Part shown: positions 12,964 to 24,989 of the stretch, piece by piece | Position numbering within the stretch: the stretch's first letter is position 1 | Layout: each line of letters begins with the position of its first letter | Origin: Chara braunii | Taxonomy: Eukaryota > Plantae > Charophyceae | Assembly: GCA_003427395.1 (NCBI GenBank) | Contig: BFEA01000030.1 | Coordinates: 3,647,688-3,711,687, forward strand | Length of the DNA: 64,000 nucleotides | Reading direction: 5' to 3' | The notes under the pieces: model-generated | Database searches by the model: none | Seen by the model: only the letters and a program-made list of their open reading frames with translations | Told to the model about the DNA's origin: nothing | Program-made: the position numbers and the translations under genes

Positions 12964-13499
12964 ACCACCAAACTCATGTGGCTGAATGGAATCCTGATTG
13001 AAGCAGATGAACAAAAGAAAGTCAGGGGTTACCAACCCCCTGTAAAATGCCCATTCCCCCGCCACCGAAACCTTGGGGGGACCAGTAGCCCATTCCCCCG
13101 CCGCCGAAAACTTGGGAGGATTGGTAGCAGCACTTCATCAGCCCTCCTGGTGGCTCAGTCCTAGAAAAAGTGAGAAAAAAAATGAAAACCCCTCCTGGTG
13201 GCACAGTCGTAGAAAAAGTAAGAAACAAAAGGGGTAATTTCAGTGGAGTCACAAAAACGAGTTGTAATTGCACTATGGCCCAAGATACAGTTTGCAAATT
13301 GCGCTTTGGGCACCCTGCACCTGGCCAGAAAGCTGGGTTGTATACATTGCAGGCCCGAACTGCAATTGCAAACTGTATCTTGGCCCATGCTGCAATTATA
13401 GCTCGTCGTTGCGACTCCCGTGTAGTTTCCCCGGAAAAAGGGGTTAACTTCAGTAGAGTCACAAAAACGAATGAAAACTGACAGTTTGGCGCACGTTAG

Positions 13500-13628
13500 A
13501 CCACCAGTACATGGCCGAAGGCAACTGGAGAACCTGTTTTTAGCCTCTCCGGAAATTCTGGAGGCCGAGTCGGCGGTCGGCGGCCTGCGAAAGGGGCCCG
13601 AGGCCAATGGCTGGCATGTACTGGTGGT
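13500..13628. mobile_element. MITE of the TTAA-flanked ACCACCAGTAC family
   Basis: TTAG|ACCACCAGTACATG...CATGTACTGGTGGT|TTAA. Confidence 0.75.
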
Positions 13629-13917
13629 TTAAAGTCTTATTTTATTATCTTTTTGGTTTTAATTTTCATTTTGAAAACATCAGCACCCAATCTACGTGCT
13701 CCATCTTCTTTCAGATTTTTTGCCTCGTTATTGCCGTGATGACTTTCTATGCGGTCTCTTTTTTATCTTTTTTTTTTTTTTTTTTATGTTCTTCCTGGGA
13801 AAGATGAGGACTCAACCTACAGACCCACCAATTTTCCTTCGTTTTGGACCATTCCTCTGCATGTGAAAAGGCGGCAAAGTTTGCCCTTTTTTCTTTCAAT
13901 AGTCACTAGCGTCTGAC

Positions 13918-14760
13918 CTATTTGGGCTTATCGGTTCCCAACTTCCCGTCCTCCTCCGGACTCACCTGAATGTCAGTTTTCATTGAGGGGAGTGGCAGTT
14001 TAAAGAAAAGTCGGACACAGGCGATAAACCGAGTCAGTACAGGACTACCGTCTTGTTTTGGGACCGTAACGCTCCGGATCGCTTGTTTGAAGGCGTATCG
14101 AAGGGAACAGGGGGAATCGTCTGAAGCGACGTTTTCAAGGAAATCTGTTTCATGCTTCAGCAAGAATGCCCAAACACCGTATGCCCTCGTCCTGACCGTG
14201 TACAAGTTATAATTCTGGTTCGATACAAACATGTTGAGGGTGCACTTTGTTTGGGGGATGGCCGTAGCCATTGCAAGAATGTGAACATAGAGCAGATCCA
14301 GATGCAGAGGATGGGGAGTAGTATCTTTATCCGCCAATGGGAGCAATGAAGGGCTCCTCCACCCTCGGGATATAGACTTAAAAGTTAAAAGACTTGTCTG
14401 GGGTCGCTTCCTTCGTCATGCCATCATATGCCGAAGTCCAGTAGTGCGCACTATCACAGTAGTTCCTGATTTTCCTGATCAATCCATCGTTTTCCGGCGA
14501 GCTTTGCATCCTTCATTGTCAGAACTTCAACTGGGTGTATGGGCCTCGGCACACAGGCTTTCCAAACGTGAAAACGACAAAAATGTGCCAGGCGCATCTG
14601 GCCATGTTCTAGCGGCATGTTCATTCTCGTTTTGCACATTTCGACAGACTGTGTGGTGAGGCCCTATGTGCTGTTGGCTGGTTACCTGCTGACTCCTCTG
14701 GCTGGTGTGACATTGCTCCGAGTCCTCCGCACTCTTTTTGTAATCTTCCCCCATATGTCC
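13918..14760 (-). pseudogene. Decayed coding remnant of unknown, probably TE-derived, protein
   Basis: Protein-like ORF pieces; CKTRMNMPLEHGQ resembles CKMRMHTPLEHGK at ~35960-36000 (+). Confidence 0.35.
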
Positions 14761-15002
14761 ATGTTTCGTCGGGTCCTCTTTNTTTTTAGCAANTTTTTTT
14801 TTTTTTTTTTTTTTTTTTTTAGTAACTTTNTTATTAGTTTACATTTTTATTAGTAACTTTTTTATTAGTTTACATTTTTNTTTGGCAAATTTAGAGAGAA
14901 AATTGCTGACAGATCTAGCATGGAGGCTTGATGGATAAGAAGGATAATAGTACAAGTGGGACCTGTATTCTTGTAAGAAACCATTCTTGACTCACTAGAG
15001 TG

Positions 15003-15075
15003 ATTGGTCTAGCGCAGTTGGCAAGGCACAGGAGTGGCATTCAGAAGGTCATGGGTTCGACTCCGATTGGCCTTG
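15003..15075 (+). mobile_element. tRNA-derived SINE head (Pol III A and B boxes)
   Basis: A box TAGCGCAGTTGG (15010-15021) and B box GGTTCGACTCC (15054-15064) at tRNA spacing; acceptor stem imperfect. Confidence 0.65.
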
Positions 15076-15507
15076 CGTACGGTCCCGGGCATACTTGGCG
15101 CCTGCCGTCTAGAGATAGCCCGTTGACCCTCCCCGCCATCGGCGCTAAGCAGATACTGCTGATTTTCGTAGCGGCATGGGTACCGAGGGGAGGAGCAGTG
15201 ACGAGCCAAAAGTGCTCGGTCCTGACACTACCAGATGGCCCCTGGGCCAGTGTCGCCCACCTGCAGCTAGCATTCTAATATGGCCTTTACCCGATTCAGA
15301 CCCTGTTTGACGAATGTAGCATAAAGGGGTCACTCGCCCAGAACCCCAACTCGTGAAAAGCAGATCAACAGGCATGTTCTCTGTGTCAAAAGTCACATCC
15401 TAACTGAAGTAAAAGTCAATGCTAAAGGTCACAGTTGTGCCCCTGGACGAACAGTTGTAATATTCAGATATGGGAGTCGCATCTGTTCATCCAGGGGGTG
15501 TGCAGGT

Positions 15508-15602
15508 CATGTCTATTCGAGCAGCAGATGTGTCTGTTCGTGCAGTATGTGTGTCTGTTCGTGCAGTATGTGTGTCTGTTCGAGCAGTAGGCGTGTCTGT
15601 TC
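15508..15602. repeat. Minisatellite, 4-5 copies of ~21-bp GTGTCTGTTCGWGCAGTATGT
   Basis: Direct reading. Confidence 0.85.
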
Positions 15603-16539
15603 AAAGGAAGTCTAAAGGATAAAGTCCCAGTCGATTCAGGCATCAAGTCCAAAATTCAGGCCAGATGGCCGCAGCAGCAGCAGACCCTGAAGGGAAAGTA
15701 CTGGGACACACACACCATGCAGAGGTCTGGGACTGAAGGAGGCCCAAAGGTGCGAATGTAGACCTCGCCAGGGGAGGCCAGCAGTATAAAGAAGCAGGCC
15801 AGCCTCCCTCGAGGACAGATCCCCAGTGGCATTCTGGCGTGGAAGTGCTGAAGGCACTTGCTGACTGGGTGAGCGCTGGCAGGATAAGCTGCGCTAAGAG
15901 AGGAAGAAGGCTGGGCGCTGGTTTGCGAGTACTAGCAGCCATAGCTGCCCCAACTAGTTAGTGTAGTAGAGGGTTAGTAATTAGTCTTCAGTGAGTAGCA
16001 TTCAGAGTAGATTCTCATAGAGGGAGTGTGCATGCATGATGAGAGAAGAGAACTGAGACAGAGATCTTGAGGGAGAGAGAGAGAGAGAGAGGAAGGGGCA
16101 GATGTGCGATGTTGGCTATGGTGAAGACATACCTGTTCTGCGTTTAACTCGTTGTTGAGAGGAGGCGCTGGATGAGCCAGGCCTCACATTGCAGTTGTAT
16201 GAGAAGGAGAGACATATCGCACTGTTGGTTCTTGAACTTGAGATACTCTTATAATTTGTTGGAAATAATATGAGCTGCGCATCTTGGTTCTCATCGCATC
16301 TCTATTTGTGCCGTGTGATGGTTCATAATCTGTGTGATTGGTAACGTGGCATGCATTGCGATACACTCTGGCAAGTCGTAGACAGTCAGGTCCCTTGCAA
16401 TACAGTCTCACACGCTTTCACTGAGACAGGATATGGCTGCTTAGTTAGGGTTCCCCACGAGAGTATAATAATAGAGGCCATCTTGTCAGATTGGTTTGTG
16501 TCGCCCACCTGAAAAAATGATGCTTGTTCTTTTTTTTAA

Positions 16540-16732
16540 ACCATCTCTACCTCAGAGCCTCATTTTGCGAAGGCGGAATAGAACTGTGCGCCACGCTTTC
16601 CCGAACTGCCAGCATGTCCGCTTTTCATTTGTTTTGGCTGCTGCCGCCAGCCATTTTGGTGCAGTGGTGCCCGGTCTCCGAAGAGTGCGCTATATTTTTG
16701 TTTCGAGTTTGCTTGTGAAAGGTAGTGGTGGT
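16540..16732. mobile_element. MITE of the TTAA-flanked family
   Basis: TTAA|ACCATCTCTACCT...AGGTAGTGGTGGT|TTAA. Confidence 0.7.
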
Positions 16733-16739
16733 TTAATAT

Positions 16740-17520
16740 TCCAAACCAATTTTGTTGTGAGGGGCTTCATTTGAACCATCGTCTGCTTGAAGGTAGGGCA
16801 AACTGGTTGATAACGATCCAGATTTTGTTTCTCCTTGGGCGGAATGTATACAGCACCAAGTTGGTCGTTAAGGTCCCAGTGGATGAACCTCTTCGAGACC
16901 GCAACCTGTACTTCCTTCGTAGTTAACATGCATGTGGTAATGTCTCCACCAGACACGTCACGTACGTCGTCAGATGTTATACTATTGCAGGAAACCATTC
17001 ATAACTTTTTGCCGCAGCAAGTCAATGAGATCTTATGATGGCACCTTAGGTATGTTGTTGCCATTCACGGCCAACTGAAGGATGTTGGAACTGGCAGGCA
17101 CTAAACCTAAATTGCACATCGCCCCAATCGTGGGTCGGGTAGCCCTGCATCTTGGTAGATCAGCAATTTGCAAGTTGCAAACGCCTAATGATAGTGTTAC
17201 ATGTGTTGTTGTCGATCATTGCTTCAACCAGACAGATTGAACCTTCTACGTTGCACTTAGCTTTCACATGTTATTGGTTTGTCATTTATATACTCGCAAA
17301 GCTCAACCAGTTTAATAATGCCATCAAATTGCACATAAACAACTAAGTCCGTACTAAGACTGGGTGCGTACTTGTCCCTGAAACACTTGGAAATCGGATG
17401 CCTGAGGTATTCCTTGGCCGGCGTCCTATTGGAGTTTTTGATAATGCGATGTCGTCTGAGAATGGACCTTATAAACCATCAATAGATATGTTGTAGTAAG
17501 CAAGGATCTTTTTTTATCCC
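16740..17520 (-). pseudogene. Old degraded Penelope-like element ORF2 fragment, same family as 25000-27400
   Basis: YLRHPISKCFRDKYAPSLSTDLVVYVQFDGIIKLVELCEYIND vs YLRQLISRVVRDKFGFSMSADLVIRVKFNDNIRLVELRKLVND; YIPPKEKQNLDRYQPVCPTFKQTMV vs YVLPKHKDTNCFRPICPTFKEPMV. Confidence 0.85.
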
Positions 17521-17735
17521 CAACGAGATCTTTAGAGCTCCGCTCCTCGGTTTTCATTTGCATGCATGTGTGATGTCGTTTATGTCAATACCCTGCTTAC
17601 GTTCCTTTAGGAGGATAGACTTACCATACCACTCAACCATTGACAAATTAAAGGCCTTCTTAGTGCACTTCCATGGTGTATGCCACATTCTACCACAATT
17701 GAATGCGGAAGAGAAATGAGGGATTCCACGCTTAA

Positions 17736-17934
17736 ACCACCAGTACTTGGCCCAGCGATCGCAGCCGAGCCTGGAAGTGCCCTGCGCGCCGTTTCCCGCC
17801 GAAATGCCAATTCGGTTTTGGTTTTCGGAAAGGCTGGCGGCGCCAGCCTTCCAGGTCCGGTTGCCCGAAGCGCGAACTTCGCGCAGCGTTAACGCTAAGG
17901 CCCGCGGCCGATATATGGGGCAAGTACTGGTAGT
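17736..17934. mobile_element. 199-bp TTAA-flanked MITE, copy 1
   Basis: TTAA|ACCACCAGTACTTG...CAAGTACTGGTAGT|TTAA; near-identical inverted copy at 18887-19085. Confidence 0.92.
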
Positions 17935-18005
17935 TTAATATTTCTATTATGCGTTGCATAGAGACTCATAGATCAATTGTCAAAGACGTCCTGTTGAAAC
18001 CTTAA

Positions 18006-18882
18006 ACCACCACTACCTTTCCAAGTTGTAGTCCCATTTGGGAAAACGATGTCAAGCGCAAAGTTCGGGGGTCTGGGCAAGGGTTGGCAAATAGGAAAAT
18101 TTTGGGCTTTATGGGCCCGACTGGAGGAAAAAAAAAAAAAATTGTGCTTTATGGGCCCGACTGGAGGAAAAAAAAGAAAAACAAAGTAACTGCAGGGTTG
18201 AAAGGAAGGACGTTGGGGAAGGCCACGAAGGAGGTGTGCTCACAGTATTGACTACGAGAATGCATCTGCCCAGAATCGTCGATAGTTTTGTTTTTTGTTT
18301 TTTTTTATTTTTATTTTTTCCTTCGAATTTTTTAGTTTTAGTGCCCCACTGTCCTGCCAACGAGGCAGAGCGCTTTCTACGGACAGCTGACACTTGCAAC
18401 CAACGGTGCATTCTCGCATGTACTGAAGATTCTGTATCCAACCGCTTTTACGTCCGAAGAGTTGTTGTCATTTTTTATTTTTTTTTTCCCCTACAGCCGT
18501 GTTTTGCTGAGGGCTGTAACGCCCATTGGCAGGGTATATTCTTACTTGTGCCCAATGTTCTGTACCCAGCTGCTTTCAAATCCAAAGACCCTTTGACTTT
18601 TTTCCCTTTTTTCTGTTTTTTCCATTTTGCCGTGTTTTGCTGAGGGCAGTAACGCCCTTTGGCAGAGCATACTCTCACTTGTACCCGATGTTCTGTATAC
18701 AGCTGCTTTCACGTCCCTAACGTCATTGCTTTTCTCCTTCTCTTTCATTGTTTGTTTTGGTTTTTTTTTCCCCATTTCCGACGAGTACAAAAAAAGAAAA
18801 TACAGTAGCACCCAAGCTCGGCAAAACTTGGTGCACACTGAAATTTAGGGTCAACAAAAACAGGCTCGGAGGTAGTGGTGGT
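18006..18882. mobile_element. 877-bp TTAA-flanked non-autonomous element with internal duplications
   Basis: TTAA|ACCACCACTACCT...AGGTAGTGGTGGT|TTAA; shares its right TTAA with the next MITE. Confidence 0.85.
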
Positions 18883-18886
18883 TTAA

Positions 18887-19085
18887 ACCACCAGTACTTG
18901 GCCCATATATCGGCCGTGGGCCTTAGCGTTAACGCTACATGAAGTTCGCGCTTCGGGCAACCGGACCTAGAAGGCTGGCGCCGCCAGCCTTTCCGAAAAC
19001 AAAAATGGAATTGGCGCTTCGGCGGGAAACGGCGCGCAGGGCACTTCCAGGCTCGGCTGCGATAGCTGGGCCAAGTACTGGTGGT
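18887..19085. mobile_element. 199-bp TTAA-flanked MITE, copy 2 (inverted)
   Basis: TIR ACCACCAGTACTTGGCCCA at both ends with TTAA flanks. Confidence 0.92.
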
Positions 19086-19569
19086 TTAACGGAAATACAA
19101 CATGATACTCCCTAAGAATTTATCCTACTCTCAACCTAAGTCATTCCCTGCGTCCTTTAGGTGCCCTTTCTTGGTGGTGGCCTTCCTTGTAATAGTGGTA
19201 TGTAAGCAAGGTCGTTGTTGGAGATACGCATCCTTCAAGCATTCATTTTTGGGGAGTATTTAGGAAAGGTTGTTGTTGATTATACTCATCGTCCACCAAC
19301 TTTTGGTGTGTACTAGTAGTATTACATCCGCAAGAATAAATACATACAAATACATGTCAAAGCTACACAACCTCTGATAGATGTGCTTGAAAGCGAGGGC
19401 GGCAAGCTCATAAGTGTTTCCTCCTGTGTGTCCACATTCCTGTTCGTCGTCCGAACATGTTGAGATTTATAATACAGGAATATTGCTAGGCATGTGTAAC
19501 CTTTAGCTCTCAAGAAGTCCAAACCATGAGATTTGTCTTTGTCCTACTCTTGACCTAAGTTGTTTCCTA

Positions 19570-20278
19570 TCGGTCCCGTTCGGGGGCCGAACACCTCCAG
19601 GTTCGGCCCCCGCCAAAAAATGTTTTGAGGCCTAAAAATAAGTTTTTTTTTCTGACTTTTTTTTTTGTGAGTTCTCTATGATGTAGCCTACAAGCCTATA
19701 AATTTTGAAACCATTCTGCTAAGCCAAAAAAAACATTAAAAATCATCAAAGATGGGGGTGTCAAAACGTGCTCGCCCACTCACTATTTTTTTTTTTTTTC
19801 CACTTTTAACTTTTTGTTTCACTTTATTCCGGGGTCTAAGAAAAAATATTATTTTTAGAAATTTTTTTAACGAGTTATTGATTATGTGAACTACATATCT
19901 GTAAATTTTCAGGGCATTTGTCAATACCAAAAGATAATTAAAAATCGACAAAGATGGTGGTATCGAAAGGTGCTGGGACACTCACTCATTTTAATTCTCT
20001 TTTTATTTTTTCTTATTTTTATCGGTGTTTATTTTCTGTATTTGATTTTTAATTCAAATTTGGTAACGAATTTGGATGTAGTGCCCATACAAATGTTGTT
20101 TAGTTTATTTTTATCCATAACATAGTGTTTTGCGGAATTTTTTTAAAATGTTTTTTTTTTTTTTTTTTTTTTTTTTGTCTGTGTTCAGCCTGAACGGCTG
20201 AACGCCTTCCGAAGGGGTCCCGTATGTTCGGGCGTTCGGGTTCGGGCATTCAGCCCGTCCCGAACGCCAGTAACCTTG
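19570..20278. mobile_element. hAT-like MITE, inverted relative of 46059-46824
   Basis: Shared GTCAAAACGTGCTCGCCCAC and GTTCGGGCGTTCGGGTTC motifs; ends GTAACCTTG. Confidence 0.75.
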
Positions 20279-20299
20279 TATATATATATATTTTTCCCT

Positions 20300-20960
20300 T
20301 TCTGTGCTGTCCCAGAGGACTCCAAATCTAGGCTCATTTCATTTTTTGAGAGTTGGCTGTGAAGGGAGGGAAACGAGGGTATAAATTGTTTTTAAAGGGA
20401 ATAAGAGGGGTTAAAGGGGGGTCCTTTAGTAAGATTTTGTTATTTTGTTTTTTAATCTCTGATTCCGTGAGGAATTCTGATGTGACCCTCAGCCAAAAGT
20501 TGTTTGTATTGCAATTCTATACAACATATTTTATTTCAAGAATTTATTTATTTATTTATTTATTTTTTGCGTTGGGGCAGCTCGGAACCCTGCTCGGGGG
20601 TTATGCCCGGCCGGGCACCCGGGCGTGTATCCAGGCACAAGCTGGGTGCCCGGGCGCCCAGAAAAAAACGGTAGGTTTGTATTGCAATTTTACACAACAT
20701 GTTTATTTTGTAATTTTATAATTTTGAAATTTTATAATTTTTTTATTTTTTTATTCTTTTGTGTTGCGGCTGCCCGGAATCCTGCCGAGGGGTCATACCC
20801 GGCCGGGCACCCGGGCGTGTACCTGGGTAGAAGTTGGGTGCCCGGGCGCCCGAAAAAACAACCTAAAAATAAAGTTAAAAATATATATATATATATTTTT
20901 GTTTATTTGTTTTTGGCCTGGTCGGGCGAGTGGTTTTGAGCGACTCTGATGGCCAAGCCT
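20300..20960. mobile_element. GC-rich MITE-like repeat, inverted copy of the 9078-9510 family with an internal duplication
   Basis: CCCGGCCGGGCACCCGGGCGTGTA motif twice (~20607, ~20798). Confidence 0.75.
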
Positions 20961-21895
20961 AGCATTAATTCCTCAATCTCATTGCTTTTTAAAGTGTGAT
21001 GTTTTGTGTGGTACATTTTGTTTTTCCCTGTATATGTGAGCTGCATGCTTGTGGGGGTTGCTACATGGTAAATGTCGGAAGGTAATTCATCATGAAGTTT
21101 GTCTATCATGCACATGGATAGGTGAAAGTCAATTTTCTTGCTCATTTAGCAAACGTGGTTTCTGGTTTCAAGGTTTTTTTTTTTTTTTTTCATTCCTTTC
21201 ATTGTCTATCATCTTGTCAATTACGTGTTTTTCTTTCTCTGTTTTTTTTTTTTTTAATGTTATATATTTCTTTTTGATGCATTATCCCATGGATGTCAAA
21301 TTCTAGCCAATTTTCTTGATCTTTCATTGCACATCTAGCTAATATGAGCAAGAGTGATGGTGGGAATTTCACGATATATTGTTGATGTGTTTGACCGATC
21401 ACGTTTGGTATTAGACGAGACTGAAGGTCTGGCAAAATTTTGTGTTTTCCACTCATGCCATAGTATGCAATTTGTTGGTATAATATTTTTGTTCCCCACA
21501 TACAGAGCACGTAGGTGAGCCTCTTCTAGACCCCTAATCACTTTAAAGTCGTTTTTGCCACTTTATATCACAGTTGTATTATTCTTCGTGATGTTAATCA
21601 CTGCTTCTGAACCACTATAACTCTTGATAGTATACGTCATGTAAGATAAAACTAACAACATGTTATGGCAATGTCGTTCGCATCAAGCAACATACTTGCT
21701 CAAGTCAAAGTCGACGAAAACCTCGATAACATCCCGCTAAATGGAGAAAATGTGCTCGTGCTTTCGGTAATTCAACTTTATTAGGGCTTAGGTAAGGTAT
21801 CCATGATAAATAAATATAGAATATTGACATTGTATTAAAGATAATCAATATAAGTTCACAATAGTCATTTAAATTCAAAAAATATATTTTATTAA

Positions 21896-22067
21896 ACCAC
21901 CAGTACCTCTACTAGTGTATGGCTAAGGGGCATTCACGTTAACGCCCCATGATTTTCGGGAGTTTCACGGTAGTTCGGATTTTACATTTGTGGCCAATAT
22001 CGCGACATGGACCTTTGAAAGTCACGAGGAGGAAGTTACAGCCATACAACCGGTAGGTACTAGTGGT
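21896..22067. mobile_element. Diverged TTAA-family MITE
   Basis: TTAA|ACCACCAGTACCT...AGGTACTAGTGGT; internal CGTTAACGC as in the 199-bp MITE. Confidence 0.65.
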
Positions 22068-22503
22068 CAAACCATCTTTCGCATAACGATTTCACCATTT
22101 TCTTACTAACGTTATGTTCATCTTCCCCTAACTCTCTTTCGTTCTTACAGGTATCAACAACAAGCAAGCATATGCAAACTTTTGACCTTCATAAAGGAGC
22201 ATGGAGTAAACATACCTGAGTGCAAGGTATGTCGCCAAACTTAGCATATGGAAGCCCGAACTACTATCAATTGTCAAAGACGGCCAACCACTCTAATGTC
22301 ATTGCCATCTCTGTAAGTTTGATAAAATTGCATTCATTCTCTCATGCTCGTCATTCGAAATGAAAAAACGTATGTAAAACTTTAATAGAAACTACTATTA
22401 CTGAATTTTTTCATACCTCCACGTATTTTAAGCAAGATTTGGAACAAACCTTATTAAAGTACAAAGAAGAAAAAAAAAAGAAAGGAACGGATCTTACTAA
22501 AGC

Positions 22504-23049
22504 TAGGCTATCAGTCGGACCGCTCGGGTCGCGAGTGGCCAGCACTTGAAAGGACCAGGGAAGGTTCCAGCAAAAAAACAAAAACAAAAAAAACAAATCC
22601 AAAAACTCAAAGAAAAAACCATGTTATGCAGAAAAATAAGCTGACAAACTTTTGCCTCAGGGTGACATCGAAATTCTTCATAGAATAAAAACTAAATATA
22701 AAAATAATTATTTTCTATTTTTGCCCCTGTCGGGCAAGTTACCCCGGATTATTATATTTTCAAACCTTTTTGGATTCTCTATAAATCTAAGATACACATA
22801 TATAAATTTCAATGGTATTTGTCACAGCTAAACAAGAATAAAAAATCTCCAAAGTAGGCGGTGTCAAAAACGTGCTCGCCCACTCAATAATTTCATTCTC
22901 GTTTTATTTTTTTTAATTTTTATTATTATTATTTATTTTTAGTATTTGATTTTTATTTCAAATTTGGTAAAGAATTTGGATGTAACGTTGAGGCAAATGT
23001 TGTTCTGTTTATTCTTTTGCATAATGTATATGTTTAAAATATATTTTGG

Positions 23050-23092
<43 letters not shown>

Positions 23093-23350
23093 TGTCTCTG
23101 TTTTTAACTAAACTCGAGTTGGTAAACCCTCTTTTTTTTTTTTTTTTTTTTGTGTCTCTGTTTGGTTGAACGACCGAACGTGCCGAGAGGGAGTATCGAA
23201 TGTTCGGGCGTTCGGGTTCAGGCATTCGGCCCGTCCCGAACGCTGCTAGGTCGAATGTACGGAAAAAAAAAACAAAAAATATGAAATTCAAGTATGTTGT
23301 GCAGAATACGAATACAAACAACTTTTGTTTGGAAAACATCCCTGAATTCC
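22504..23350. mobile_element. Cluster of hAT-like MITE fragments (two families)
   Basis: TAGGCTATCAG start; motifs shared with 6990-7352 and 19570-20278. Confidence 0.6.
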
Positions 23351-23384
23351 AAACCAAGTCCGAGTTAAGAATCAAAAACCTAAA

Positions 23385-23888
23385 ACCACCATTACCTTCG
23401 AGCTTGTTTTTGTCGACCGTGATTTTCACGACGCATCAAGTTTGGACGAGTCGGGGAAAGCAAAACCAAATTTAGCGAATAACATGAAAAAGTGAAATTC
23501 CTCGACAAAGGGGTATTTTCTTCAGCATCAAAGACAAAATCTGGCTATATGCTGGAACCTCCGACTGAGTGACGCAAGCAAAATAATGTGAACCACGCTT
23601 CCTGAAATATTCCATCTCTAGCGAGTCTGACTATTCGCAACATACTTGTATGAAATAGATACGCCGAGATTTTCGAGGGGCGGTTGTCTCGTACATAGAA
23701 GGCTGAAGGTTCAGTTTCATCGAAGAAAAAATAAGAGAAAAAATCAGAGGAAAAAAAACTTCCTAAATGCCTTGATAACAACCAGATACATTTTATGAGG
23801 TGCTCGTGTAACTATGCCCTTAGTGATTTATTGTCAGATAATGATTTATTTTTGTATTTTAAGTTTGCCTATAAAAAGTAGTGGTGGT
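23385..23888. mobile_element. Diverged TTAA-family element
   Basis: ACCACCATTACCTT...AAAGTAGTGGTGGT followed by TAA. Confidence 0.6.
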
Positions 23889-23983
23889 TAAGGTTTTATC
23901 TGGGGTTCAACTTGGAAAACAAAAGTTGGATCATTTACTGATCGTTTAAACAACCAGTACTTTTTAATGTCGTGGGGGAAAAA

Positions 23984-24732
23984 CAGATGGTGATAAGGTA
24001 GATGGAGAGAACACATGTAGTCAATGAAAGCTCATAAGAGACGATTCAAAAACGAAGATAGTCATCTCAACTTGAAAATTCGAAAAAATTACAACAGGAA
24101 TGAGAGAACGGCGTCCCCGATGCACGTTTCGGCAGCTGCCAGGCTGCCTCCTCAGGGGGTTTCCACTGCTTCTCAACCCGATACTATTCCAGTTCACCAC
24201 TTTCCCTCTTCCGTAACTATCACTACACGACATTCCGGATGTAGCGCAACTCTAGCTCCGTCAGTCCCATCACAGAGGTTGACTATCCTAGTTATCAGTC
24301 CTATGTATCGCAAACAAAAATATCACAGCAGTACATCAACAAATAAAAAACGCATTCACCAATCGCCTCTTACTGGTTATCCCAGATCGATACCTATTCG
24401 CTTGAAATCACAAAAGGGCACCCTTGCCCCTGAGGCCACAAAACGCCTGGGTCACGAAATCCAAGGCAAAATAGACCGCGCGGTCATCCCGGTATCGCTA
24501 AAAAAGCCTGTTAGCTCCAAATTCATACCGGGACACCTGGGTCAACTGGTCCAATCGGACAAACTCCAGCCTATTCAAGTCGAGGCCTCGTTACCTCAAG
24601 AAAAGGCTCACACTTAGCAAACGAAATCGAAATCCTCGAATTAATTAAACCCTGTCCGACTATCCAGAGTCCACTCGGTCGAATGAAAACCTCTGGCCTA
24701 TTCAAACAGAACCGACACACGACTAAAACACC
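23984..24732 (-). repeat. 3' direct repeat (pseudo-LTR) of the PLE
   Basis: CAGATGGTGATAAGGTA...CACGACTAAAACACC is collinear with 28733-29493 with scattered substitutions. Confidence 0.95.
24115..24159 (-). ncRNA. Type I hammerhead ribozyme, stem III/triplet mutated
   Basis: Minus strand CCCC-CUGAGGA-GGCAGC-CUGGCA-GCUGCC-GAAAC-GUGC-AUC-GGGG. Confidence 0.8.
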
Positions 24733-24989
24733 AAAATTTGAACCAAAATACGTAAGAAAAACTTCAGATTAATTCGATCCTGTCAGAATATCTGTAGAGA
24801 AATTACGTGCGATATCAAAGATAATCCCTGCAACCGAAACCAACACAATCCGATCAAGAAGTCACCGAAAACGCACATACAACATCAAAGACAAAGATCA
24901 CAACCATCCCTGTACATGGATGTAAAAAATTCCTACCTAAATTACAAGCACTCCCTGGTTCCAAACAAACAAAGTACAGTATATGCCCC

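Noticed and set aside
9078-20960. 12-kb composite transposon bounded by inverted GC-rich repeats
   Set aside because: No matching TSD at the outer ends; two independent insertions are simpler
24024-24617. 197-aa plus-strand ORF in the pseudo-LTR
   Set aside because: Antisense to the element and its frame is not preserved in the other repeat copy
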